A stretch of 64,000 bases of DNA, taken from assembly GCA_964019335.1 (NCBI GenBank), contig OZ025685.1:310001-374000 (forward strand). Reading direction: 5' to 3'. This document shows, one piece after another, positions 19,653 through 30,937 of this stretch. The notes under the pieces are model-generated. The model did not search any database, was not told the DNA's origin, and saw only the letters and a list, made by a program, of their open reading frames with translations. Made by a program: the position numbers and the translations under genes. Numbering within the stretch: the first letter of the stretch is position 1; each line of letters begins with the position of its first letter. This DNA comes from Diplonema japonicum. Taxonomy: Eukaryota; Protista; Euglenozoa: Diplonemea.

Positions 19653-21143
19653 ATGAAGACGACAACTCTCATTCTCGTTACGACAATATTAGCCTTGAGC
19701 ACAAGCGTTCGTGGCGAAGACCACGATCATGACCATGACCATGACCATGACGAAGATCACGACAACCACGGCAACGAAACACACGTTGAGCACCTGACGG
19801 CCCACATCTACGACGCCAACAAAAACGGCGAACTGGAGGCAGCCGAACTAAGCAAGATGTGGGTCTCCGTGGGCAACGCAGCCAACGAAACAGCAAGAAC
19901 CTGCACAATGGAGGCAATCAGGGAACACAACAACATCACAGACGTCCATGAAGAACACGCCGAAATGGTTCTAGAGGGCTACTTCCTGTACAAGGTCATC
20001 AAGGCATGCGAGGCCGCGCACAGCCATGAAGAGGAACATAAACACGGAGAAGAAGAAGAAGAAGAAGAAGAAGACCCCACATGCCACGCTCTTGAAAATG
20101 TAGAAGACCATTACAAGGAAGAACTGGAAGCATGTGTTTTCAACGCTCCGGAGGTTGAAGCAAAGCCTTGCAACCGCCCCAGCCAGAGCGAACGATGGGG
20201 GTACACCTTGCTGGCAGTGTGTGTTATATCGTTAGTCGCCGTGTTCGGAATCTTCGTGACGCTCCCTGTTCTTTTAACACACCATTTTTTGCTGCAGACG
20301 ATGCTTGCTTTCGCTGTCGGTGCGCTTCTCGGCGATGCGTTTTACCACATTCTCCCAGAAGTCCTTGGTATTCATTCGCACTCCGGTGGTGGTCATGACG
20401 GGCACGACCATGCTGCCGAGGAACCAATGTCCCAGCACGAGTTGAACTTGAAAATGACGATTATTCTGTTGACAGTTTTGGTGTTTTACTGGATCGACTG
20501 GATGTCTCGTGCAGTTCTTGGAGGGAAGGACCCCCATGAGGCGATGGAGGACAAAACACCACCGAGCGAACCTATCAACACGAAAGACTCGGTAGAACCT
20601 GTTGTGGAAAAAATGGGCGAGACAGCAGAAGAAAAAAAAGTCAACTGGTGGAAATGGACACCCATGTCAGATGTTAAACAAATCGTGTGGGTTGTACTTG
20701 TCGCTGATGGTGTTCATAATGTAACTGACGGGCTTTCCATCGCCGCGGCCTTCGGGAAGAGCACCACATTGGGATGGTCCACAACACTTGCATCTGCTCT
20801 TCACGAGATCCCGCAGGAAGTTGGTGATTTTGCTGTTATGCTTGCGGCTGGGATTTCACCGTTCCAGGCGGTTATGTTTAATCTGCTGTCAGCCTGTACT
20901 GCAATTCTGGCTGCGATCATCGCTCTTATTATAGGGGATAATTCTGCTGATTCTGAGGAGTGGATTCTGTGTGTTACTATTGGTTCTTTCTTGTACTTGG
21001 CTATTGGCGTTGTCGTCCCGGAATTGCTTGCCGATGTCAAGAAGATTTCTGTGGCTCAATTCTGCCTTCACACGATTGGTATGGCATGCGGTGCGTTGAT
21101 TTTGTGGATTATTGCTATCACTGAAGATGAAAACACGTGCTAA
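19653..21143 (+). CDS. ZIP (SLC39, LIV-1-like) zinc/metal transporter with His-rich ectodomain
   Basis: Signal peptide, (DH)n tract, FAVGALLGDAFYHILPE, DGVHNVTDG, HEIPQEVGDF, GSFLYLA; ~8 TMs. Confidence 0.9.
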   Translation: MKTTTLILVTTILALSTSVRGEDHDHDHDHDHDEDHDNHGNETHVEHLTAHIYDANKNGELEAAELSKMWVSVGNAANETARTCTMEAIREHNNITDVHEEHAEMVLEGYFLYKVIKACEAAHSHEEEHKHGEEEEEEEEDPTCHALENVEDHYKEELEACVFNAPEVEAKPCNRPSQSERWGYTLLAVCVISLVAVFGIFVTLPVLLTHHFLLQTMLAFAVGALLGDAFYHILPEVLGIHSHSGGGHDGHDHAAEEPMSQHELNLKMTIILLTVLVFYWIDWMSRAVLGGKDPHEAMEDKTPPSEPINTKDSVEPVVEKMGETAEEKKVNWWKWTPMSDVKQIVWVVLVADGVHNVTDGLSIAAAFGKSTTLGWSTTLASALHEIPQEVGDFAVMLAAGISPFQAVMFNLLSACTAILAAIIALIIGDNSADSEEWILCVTIGSFLYLAIGVVVPELLADVKKISVAQFCLHTIGMACGALILWIIAITEDENTC

Positions 21144-22082
21144 GAAGAAGAAAAAAAAAAGAGGAAGCAAAAAAAAAAGGAGGGGGGGGGGTTGACATAT
21201 TTGTTAACATTTTTTTTTTTTGAATAAAAAAAGGGTGGCAAGACCTTTGGCCGGATCTAGGGTGCGTAACGACACCTCTATGCTTTTTTAAATTTGTTTT
21301 GTTCCTTCTCTTTTTTGTGTCTACCCTTACTTGAACGGGGGGAAATAAATTTTTTTTTCTAAAAAAAAAAAAAAAAAAAACAAACCAAAACAAAACAAAA
21401 AGTGCTCTGCCAATCCTAAGTAAACCTACTATGTAAAAACGAAAAATCATCGTCAAGAAAAGAGAAAGTGACGGGACAAAAAAAAAAAAAAAAAAAGAAA
21501 TTGGTGAAAAGAGATTTTTTTTTTTGTTTTACAGCATGTGCTTTAGTATAAAAAAGATACAAAGACGTAAAAAAAAAAAAATACCTATTTTTTTAAGTTT
21601 TGAAAAAGTCGAGGGGGGGGGGGAGGGCTGCAAAAATGTTTGGGTCGACCTTTGTACGTGAGAGACGTGGAGTACAAATCATGTGTTTTTTGAAGTAAAC
21701 TGCCCGAGCAGCGCAATTTTATCTTACCGTCGATTTTTTTCTTCTTTTTATTTTTTTTTTTTATATTTTAACATCTCTCTCCATGGATCGAAGTCATTAT
21801 GAGTCATAGAGTCATAGATTATAGGTCGATTGGGGTTTTCCGCAAACCGCAAACGCTTCTTCATCGGGCTCGGTAGACCCCTGCAATCGGCCTTTAATAT
21901 GATTCAATGAGGATATAGTCTCTTCTAGAAAAGAAATTTAAAAAGATAATGCAGAGTACAGGCACCTGGGCCGTGCTGGTGTGCATTGTAATCTAGAGCG
22001 GTGTATCCTTCCCCCTTCCCCCTTCCTTTTTCACCTTCCCTACCGCGTGCAATACCAACGTTGATTTTTGTCCGGTACAAAA

Positions 22083-22117
<35 letters not shown>

Positions 22118-22282
22118 AATGCTCTGACGTGCAAAAAGTTTTTGTTTAACCCTCTACGGAAAAAAAAAAAAAAAAAAAAGAATGGCAACTCTACAGCAAA
22201 TGTCTGAAACCAGAAATGCAATCTTTGTTACTCTGCAGGGCTGGTTGGGGTTAGATGTTATATGCTGTCGGAGGAAGAAGGG

Positions 22283-22315
<33 letters not shown>

Positions 22316-24043
22316 AACTTAAAAAGGGTTTAAAAAAAAACTTTTTCGTGGACAGCCTGCTTTTTTTTTTTTTCCTTTTTCCCCCGGCACGTCGGCGATG
22401 GCTGTGATAGTCGTTGCAAGAAACGCCTTAGTTACAAAGAAAAGCAGGTTTTTTTTTTTTTTTCCTTTCTCCCCACCCACCTTTTTTTTCTGTCCTGGGT
22501 ACGACTCTAAACTGCATCCGATGGTGAGAGACCTTTCAATTGTATTTCGACTGGCATTTTACCGGGCAGCAGGGTAGAATGAAGACCCAAGTGCCAAAGG
22601 CGGGCAGCACGTTGACACTTGTATCGAAAGATTCCGGCTAGGGTGCGTGGCGACACCCCCTCGCTTGCGAATGTGATGCTGGGGTGACGTGTAGGCTAAA
22701 GTGGGATAAGGCCCAAGCGCCCGAATGATTAAAAGCGGTCTTTAATTGTGTGATTTTTTTTGTTTCTTTTTTTTTTTTTTTCCCTCTTAGTTTACCACAA
22801 AAAAAAATGTGAAAAAAGCGGGACTGTCGGTAATGATTTTTTTTTTTCTTCTTTTTTTTTTTTTTTCTCCAGTACTCCTCCTGGAGGGGTTCTAATCAAG
22901 CATACGCAGTCACCCAACACAGAAACATCAGCCCCCCCCCCTTTTATTTTTCTGTTCTTCTAGAATAGGAAAAAAAAAAAAAAAGAAAAAGAAGGGTTGG
23001 CGGGGCTTTTCTTACTATTGATAACAAAAAAACCTCCCCCTTTTTTTTTCCCTTCCTTTTCTCCCCACCTCCATTACGCTTTGCTACAAGTACTTGTTTC
23101 ATTTTGATATCCTTTTTTTTTTTTCTTTTTTTCTTTTTTTCTTTTTTTTCCCCGTCTAGTGGTAGTGAAAGAACTCTTCCCAGTCAGGTTCATCATATTT
23201 GAAACTTTATGCATTGGGAGGAGGGATGGGGCTATTAAATATTTGAGAAGAATTTTTTAAAAAAAAAGAATTAATGAAGTTGTAATGTCACTACTACTGA
23301 CTGTAATGATATTTCAGAGTGCGCCAACACACAGAAGAAGAAAGAGAAGAAAAAAAAAAAAGAAAGAAATATAATTGTAAAACCTGGAGGGAGTCCAACA
23401 CAAAGTTCTTCCTTACCGGGTACAAGTACTCAAGTCTTATAAATAAATAGACCCCAATTGCATTTTTCTTTCTTTTTTTGGGTACTGTAAAACAAAAGAA
23501 GATCTTCTTTTTTTTTTTTTCTGGACATTCTCCCTCCTCGAACTCGGTATGTGAGCCAAGGACGGGTTTCGGGGGAAAAGATGTCCAGAAAAAAAGAAAT
23601 ATCTTGGAATTCTTTTTTCAAGAATCTTTTTTTTTCGTCACTACAGTATGTTGGGAAAAAAAAAAAGAATTAAAAAAAAAAAGAATTAAAGAGAAAAATA
23701 AATGCCCTAAAACGGATATTTTTGTCAGCTATCGTCTGGCCAGTAGAGAAGACTTCTTTTTTTTTTTTTTTTTTTTCCTAGTTTTCCAGTTTCTCTTCCT
23801 CTTTATTGCTTGTTTTTTTTTTTTTTTTCTTTTTTGGTGTTTCCCTATTAGGTTGAGTCGTTCTGACTTTTTCTGAACTACAGATTTTGCTATTCGGACT
23901 ATACACCCCAACGGGTGGTCCTCAAGTGTGGGGCGTTGCCAACACAGCCTCTTTGTCTCTCTTGTATCGAATGAGTGAGGCTGGGCTGAAGTCTAACTTG
24001 ATGAGACCCAGAAGGAATTTCTTCTTTTGTGTAATGAACGTTT

Positions 24044-24619
24044 AAAATAATAACTATTTATTGCCAACAAATAATGAGTCATTATTTAACTCGAGTTCCC
24101 GAATTTTTTGCACGAGGGCCCGCAGGGCCCGAGTGCAAAAAAACGGGTAACGAGTGTTAAATAATGGCTCATTTGGCGGCAAGTAAGTCGTTTTATTTCA
24201 CTCTTCGTCATTTGAGTCACTCACTCTTCACTGCTTTCACTGCTGTTTTTTTTCACGCAGGTCAGCTTTTTGGGGATTTTCCTAAGGTAATACAGGGTAG
24301 CTATTTCGCCGTGGCATTTAAAGGGGAAGTAAGGCACTTATTCCCACTTTTAAGGGCTGGAATGGCCTCAGATGGCCAAAAATAGTCAAAATACCCCCAC
24401 CCCAAAAAAATTTTTCAAGGGGTTGGGTGCATTTTTTTCCACGACAAGACCCATTTTTTCACTCTGAAGGGCCATTATTTAACTGCAAAATCTCATTATT
24501 TAACTAGTTAAATAATGGCGATTTCGCGTTAAATAATGGCCGTTTCGCGTTAAATAATGGCCATTTCGCGTTAAATAATGAGGCCCCTAGTGAGTGAAGA
24601 AAATGACGAAGAGTGAAAT

Positions 24620-24623
<4 letters not shown>
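24044..24623. mobile_element. Non-autonomous hairpin-ended interspersed element, subfamily A
   Basis: Long hairpin ~24053-24188 centred on GAGGGCCC-GCA-GGGCCCGA; perfect 23-bp inverted repeat 24191-24213 / 24601-24623; both ends homologous to the element at 52684-53409; no credible ORF. Confidence 0.75.
24473..24580. repeat. Array of 11-bp motif CATTATTTAAC / GTTAAATAATG at 21-bp spacing
   Basis: Forward copies at 24473 and 24494; reverse copies at 24507, 24528, 24549, 24570 (unit TTAAATAATGGC..TTTCGCG). Confidence 0.9.
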
Positions 24624-24666
<43 letters not shown>

Positions 24667-24941
24667 CCCTCTTTTCCCGTCCATATGAAAGGGGGAAGGG
24701 AACCGACGTGAGATCTGCCCTTTTTTCTTTGATCCTCTTTTTTTTTATCTTTTTCTCATTCTCTTCCAAAAAAAAAAAAAGTGTGGAGAGAGCAGGGAAA
24801 AAAAAAAAAAAAAGGGGGGGGAAAAAAAATACACAGAGGTCGGATTTCCCCAACATTTTTTCCCCCCCTTCCTTTTTTTTTTCCCCCACAAAATAATTGT
24901 TCAAAAAAAAAATTTTTTTTTAGGAAAAAAAAAAAAAAAAA

Positions 24942-25864
24942 ATGGGCCCGAAGAATGTCAAGCCACCTGGAAAGCTAAGACGGGCGAAGGAAGCAATGAG
25001 CAGAAGGCCCCGCGTAGTGGCGGCCACGATAGCGGTGATCATATTGATGTTGCTGGTAAAACGCTGGGACTTCTGCTGGGGCGCGCGGCCGCGGATGGAA
25101 AAACTTTACGATGCAACAATCACCAGCATGGAAGAAATCGGAGTAAAGGACTGGTGGCTGGACTACGGAACACTGCTGGGAGCCATAAGAGACAAATCCC
25201 TTCTGGAACATGAATACGATCTCGACTTCGGGATTACCTACGAGCAGTGCGAAAAAATGACATCGAAAAAAGGAAAAGAAATCTTTTTAAAACGAGGCCT
25301 CCTCCTCTACTCTGACAAGGACCACATCTCCGAGAAACAGACCCTCACTTACGACACGGTGGAAAAAAAAATTAAAATAGCAACTGCATACCTCGGTGTC
25401 GGCTGTGCCCGGGCGTACGGCCCCTCCGGGTATTTTGTTGACTTCTACCCATATGTTTCATTGACCCCTGACCAGGTAAACGCTCGGGCACCCGCTGGGA
25501 ACTTTACCCTGTTTCCTGTATTTTCTATGGACGGGACACCTTACCCAAGCCCCATCCCTGCTTCGCCTACTCTCGACAGTTTAAACTCCTTAGCATGCAC
25601 TCCTCTAGGGCTTTTAAAAGAAGAACAGTTTGATGGAGGCTGCTTCCTGCACCATGCTGTGTGGCCTTTGAAACCGCACAGGTTTTTGGATAAGGATGTG
25701 CTGATTCCAAACCAACCTGAGGTATAGAATAGAACGGGGAGGTGGGGGGAAAAAAAAACTTTTTTTTTTTGTTGTAGGTCGTTCTTCGTGAAGCGTACGG
25801 AAATACGTGGGTGACTCCGATTACTAAGGGTATTCGGGGACCCTTGTGCTATCTGCACACATGA
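24942..25864 (+). CDS. LicD/fukutin-family nucleotidyl/phosphotransferase, type II membrane; 2 exons (24942-25721, 25778-25864)
   Basis: N-terminal TM, LDYGTLLGAIR, EYDLDFG (DxD), VDFY; removing intron 25722-25777 restores the LicD tail IPNQPE-VVLREAYG.TW.TP. Confidence 0.85.
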
Positions 25865-27068
25865 GAAGGATGAAAAAAAAAAAAAAAAAAGATTTTGGTT
25901 TTTTTTTGTTCGGGCGTGCTAAAAGTCGAGTGTTTAACTTGAGTTGTTAATTTGTGTGGGGAGGGGGAGGGGTTTTTTTTTTTTTCCTCAACGGTGGAGC
26001 ACACCCCCACACCACCGAAAGATGATTTATCAAAAAAAAAGAAAAAGAAAAGTTTTTTGTTTGCTTCTCGTTGTTGTTGATCTCCTCCCCCCCTTTTCTT
26101 TTTTGCACGTACGCACACACACACACACCTTTACAAAAAATAAATCGAGCCACTTCCTTTGTTTTTCTCCTTTCCTCCTCCATTGTCGTGCCGCTTGGCA
26201 TGACGTATAGACGTAAGATTCTCTTCTTCTTCGTCCCATTCGTTATATTGTAAGCGAGAACGAAAAAAAAAAAAAAAAAAAAAAAAGAAGAGTAAAAAAA
26301 AAAAATTAGTTCTCCCTTCTTTGTGCTTTTTTCTTTTTCTTTTCACAAGGACATCACCAAGAGGGCTAGCTGATGTGCTGGGGTGCTGAGATCTATAGCT
26401 GCATTCAAACGGCAGAAGGGTCCATAGAGTGGACTACTTCTTTGCCGCCAGCCATGCATTTTTTTCCCCCCTTTTTTTTTCTATTTTTTTTTTTTGAGAA
26501 GAGAAATGGGAGGAGTGGGTATAAAAGAAATAAGAAGAAGAAAAAAAAAAGAATAAGAAAAAAAGGAGAGATTGGGGGGGGGGGGGGGTAGGGGGAAGAA
26601 ATACTCCCCCCCCCCCCTCCCCACTCCTTTCTTGCTGAACAATGGGGTGCCTCTTTTGAGTCAAGGCACTCCTTACAAGGGGCTTGCCCTGGAACAAAGC
26701 TCCCTCCTTTTGAAGTGCAACATTACCTGCACTGTCGTCCTTCGTCATTCTTCTTCTATATGAGCCGGTTTGTTGTCTATTCTTTGGATAAAGTGCGACA
26801 CAGGGAAAATGCTGACTGAGATAACTAGACATACCGCGCCCCTTTACTTTTACGAGTTCATCTTTCCCCTTCATTGTTTTCCTTCTTTTTTTTTTTTTCC
26901 CTTACTTTGAGGCCACCTGCCTGTTGGGTGGTGCTCTTCTTTTTTTTTTCTTTTTCTTTTTCTTGGCTACCTTCAGCTCCCACCCGTCGAGGTGGGTTTT
27001 TTTTTAAAAATCCGGTGAATTATTTATTTATTTTTTTTTTTGAGCTTTTATTCCTCTTTTTTTTCCTT

Positions 27069-27553
27069 TTACCTCGAGAGGTCGGTAAAGCATTACTTGG
27101 CGGTAGGTAAGTGGTTTTATTTCACGACACTCTGAAATTACGTCACCACGAGGGGCACAACAAGAGAGGGGTTACAAAGGTTACAATACAAGTTGTTTTC
27201 CCTCTTTTTGTTGACTAAGAGCTGCCGCTGTCGCTAATAGCATTGCTACTGTCACCATCTCTAATCAGGCCTTCTCTTACCTGGCGCGCCACTCGCTCCT
27301 CACTTTCTGCCCCTTCGATATTTTGAAGTCTTTGGGGAGCTTGGTAAGCTGACTAAATAGAAAAGTTACCCTACCCGCAGAAGAGTTACCCAGAAACTGG
27401 GAACAAGGCCTAGCCAAAAGTGGGCAAATTGGGAGGAAAAAGTAGCCCTACTGGGAACCGAACCGAGGCAAAAATTGGCCTACCGAGGCATATTATTTAC
27501 CGAAGTAATGGGCCTCCTAGTGCGTGAAGTAATTTCAGAAGAGTGAAATAAAA
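27069..27553. mobile_element. Truncated copy of hairpin-ended element, subfamily C
   Basis: High similarity to ~52791-53409 including the terminal ...GAAGAGTGAAATAAAA; hairpin tip and outer left arm missing. Confidence 0.8.
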
Positions 27554-28288
27554 AAAAAAAAGAAGAAGAAGAAGAAGAAGAAGAAAATGTATGATTGGGA
27601 ATTTGTCAACCAACAGAAATGCGGGAAAAGGGCACTTAAGTGCTCGTTCATAACTCTCTCCAATTAAAGGTTTTTTTCCTTTTTTTTCTTTCCTTTTTTT
27701 CCTCCTGCTACATACCGCAGGTACCCTTAAATGTCTCTTTTTTTTTTTTTTTTTTTTTTTTTCTTTTTTTTTTTGGAAGGCACTTTGAAGAAAAACGGTT
27801 TTCTTCTTCTCCTCTCTTTCTTTTGTTTTCAAGAAGAAAACAATTTTTTGACAGCGCAGAGATGGCTGTAAAGAAAAAAAAAAAAAAAAAAAACCTCCTA
27901 GCTCACAACAAATAGAACGAAAATAATAGAGAAGAGGGAGAGGAAGGGTAAGAGGAATTATTGCCCTTGCCCTTTAAATGGACAGAAGCACCCCTCCCTG
28001 CTCAACACCTTTTTCGTCAAGGGGAACCTCAGTGTCTCCTGCACTCGCTGCCAGCAAAGACGAGCGAAAGCAGCGGTTCCGGAAAAAAAAAAGAGGACCC
28101 CTTTCCTTACCCAGTTTTAATGGGTAGACCTGCGGAATATCTCTTCTTCTTTTAAAAAAAAAAAAAAAGAAAGAAGAAGAGAAAGAAAATGAAAATAAAA
28201 CCTTTCTTTCCCTCAATAGACGGCCCAGGTCAAGTATGACATGACTTGGGAAAGAGAGGGAAAAAAAAAAGAAGGGGGTAAAGAGGTC

Positions 28289-28324
<36 letters not shown>

Positions 28325-28394
28325 TCGGTTGATTGTTGTTTGTGCACAGCCGGCCAACAATTCATTATCAATATATTGTTTTTCTTGTTCATGC

Positions 28395-28427
<33 letters not shown>

Positions 28428-29260
28428 CGGAAAAAAAAGGGCAACGGGGCTGTCCTGCTCTTAATATATTCACTGTATTTCTTTTTAATTTGTTGCAGAT
28501 GCTCAGGGTGACGAATCTTGGTTACCCGAGGGTCGCCCCAGCTGGGGTTGAGCTGCACACCGCACGGAACGCAGAAGAAGCTACAACTCGACCGAAGTGC
28601 GCCCCCTGTAAGCAAAGAGACTGTTCTTGCGCCACCAACACTGGCCTCCTTCAACTCTTTACATTTTTTTTTTTTTTTTGAAAGGACTGAGAGAAGATTA
28701 CCGGAAGGAAAGGATTGGAAGATATAAACGACAGCTAGGCACTACGGTGGGTAGCAGGGAACGCCCCAAAAGGGGAGCATCATAAGGTAGGCACGCCACC
28801 GCGGCGGGCCGTTGCTAACCACTTCGTTCCTATCGTCGTGAATTTTTTTTTTTTTTCAAAAAGAAAAAAAAAGGGTGCGTCTCACAACGACCTCCTTCAA
28901 CTCATACTTAAATATATATTTTTTTTCTTGACATTCCCTTCACTAATTTTCCCAATGTCCGGTCTTATCTTTAGCAAAAAAATGCTTAGATACCAACAAA
29001 AAAAAACCCCCCAAGAAGAAAAAAAAAAGATATGATTATGAAGAAGACAAAAAAAGAGTGAGGGGGGGGGGGGGGGTGTGCTAAATTGGAGAAAGAAAAA
29101 AAAAAGAAGAAAAAAAAAAAAACGGGCAAATAAATAAAAAGAAAAAGAGAGATGCTGTCCCGGGAATAAAAAAGTTTTTTTTTTCTTTGTATTTTTTTAT
29201 TTATTTTTTCCCCACCCACCCCCACCCCCACCCCTCAGTATATTTAAAACAAAAAAAAAA

Positions 29261-29803
29261 ATGGAAGTGGAAAGAAATTCGAGCGATGACTTTGTAATGG
29301 TGACGACGTGCGGTGGTGTGCTGGGCTTTGATGATGACAATGATGAGTGTGAAGAAAACGATGAGAGTAAAAGCTTGATAGATAGCAGTTTATCTACACA
29401 GGCGGGAACTGATGAAGAGGAACCTCAGGGTGTAGCGGTAGAGCGAGGCGAAGCGCTTTTAAGGGAGCTAATAGGGCTTGAAGAAAGCGAGAGCATCCGA
29501 GAGCTGTGGTCAAGCGGCTCCCTATCCCACTGTGAAGGGCTCGAAAGTGCTGGCCGTGAGGTCGTAGTTAGCTGCTACGAAGTTGGGTTTCTACAAGCTC
29601 TGAAAAAATTCCGTGTGAAAAAAACCAAACACATTTCCGGGACATCCACAATCGTCGCCCTTCCACCCAATGCTGCAGGACCAAGCAACACTGTAATTTT
29701 CTTTTCCCTGGCCACTCTGTTGTGCTGCCCGTCCCTCATCTTTCCCGTGTATGTGTCTTTCCTGGTCGCAGCTCTAATGGCAAATCCGGTAGCTGCTGTT
29801 TGA
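29261..29803 (+). CDS. Hypothetical protein, acidic N-terminus and hydrophobic C-terminus
   Basis: ATG after A-run with upstream CCCCTCAG; complex-sequence island; C-terminal hydrophobic segment(s). Confidence 0.65.
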   Translation: MEVERNSSDDFVMVTTCGGVLGFDDDNDECEENDESKSLIDSSLSTQAGTDEEEPQGVAVERGEALLRELIGLEESESIRELWSSGSLSHCEGLESAGREVVVSCYEVGFLQALKKFRVKKTKHISGTSTIVALPPNAAGPSNTVIFFSLATLLCCPSLIFPVYVSFLVAALMANPVAAV

Positions 29804-29828
29804 AAGAAAGAGTGGAAATCTTTTGTGC

Positions 29829-29883
<55 letters not shown>

Positions 29884-30704
29884 AAAAGAGAGAGATGAAT
29901 TTGAGGGGGAGGGAAAGAGAAAAAAAAAAAGAGAATTTTTTTTTTTCTCCTCTCCACCCTTTTTTTTTCTTTTTTTTTTTTTTTTTTTTCTTTTTTTTTT
30001 TTTTTCGCAGTCCACCCTTATGGGTGGCTTTTTTTCTTTATATTATTATTTACACCTTTCACCCACAGACTTATGCCTTATTTATCTATTTTTTTTCTCC
30101 CCCCCTTTTTTTCCTCACTGCGAGGTAAATTGTGTATCGAAACTTACTTCCCCCCCCTTTCAAGAAAAAAAAACTTTTTTTTTCCATTAGTTCTATCCCG
30201 CTTTTTCTATTCTTCCAAGAAATTGTCGTTTGCTTTTTTTTTTTTTTTTTTTTTTTTTTTCCCTTTAATCTAGAGTCTTGTATTTCTACATTTTTTTTTT
30301 TAATTTACAGTATTGGAAAAGGAATTGGTGGGGGAGAAGAGAAAAGTAGTGGGGGGTTTTCTTTTTTTTCCTTTCTTTCTGTCTTTCTTCTTTTTTCCGG
30401 ATTTTACCCCAGCCCAAGTAATTTTCCCCTTGCTGTACTATCCTAACTCCCCCCTGCCTCTTGTTTTTTTTCTTTTTTTCTTTCTTCTTTTTCTTTTTCC
30501 TTTTTCTGTTCTCTTGTTGTGCCTTATGTTTTATCCAAACACAGGAACGTTAGTTGGTGAGACTGGCCTCAACAAGATTTCTTTCCCTCCCTTATCTTTC
30601 CCCCCTCCCCTCTCCGCAATAAAAAAAAAAAAAAAGGCCTTGAGAAAAAAAAAAAAGAGAAAAAAAAAAGAAAAAAAACAGGTTTTTTTTCCCCTTCTCT
30701 TTCC

Positions 30705-30739
<35 letters not shown>

Positions 30740-30841
30740 AAAACTTAGCGGAGGGAGGGAGGAGGAACAGAGAGGGCCAAAACATCCCCAATTACCTATT
30801 GGGACAAAAAAAAATGAATTTCTGACTTTTTTTTTTTTTCT

Positions 30842-30877
<36 letters not shown>

Positions 30878-30937
30878 CCCGTTGCCCCCCACGTTTCAAT
30901 TCAGAAAAGGAAAAAAAAAAAAAAAAAAAAAAAAAAA

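Noticed and set aside
23895-24012. Possible HDV-like or hammerhead ribozyme / retroposon signature (TCCTCAAG, stem AGCCTC/GAGGCT)
   Set aside because: Could not assemble the required nested pseudoknot or the hammerhead core.
24473-24580. Regularly spaced repeats resembling a mini CRISPR array
   Set aside because: Units are 21-bp tandem copies with near-identical linkers rather than unique spacers; eukaryotic context, no cas genes.
27215-27353. Short open minus-strand frame inside the element (..QNIEGAESEERVARQVREGLIRD..)
   Set aside because: About 45 codons, disrupted in the other copy, no recombinase or Rep motif.
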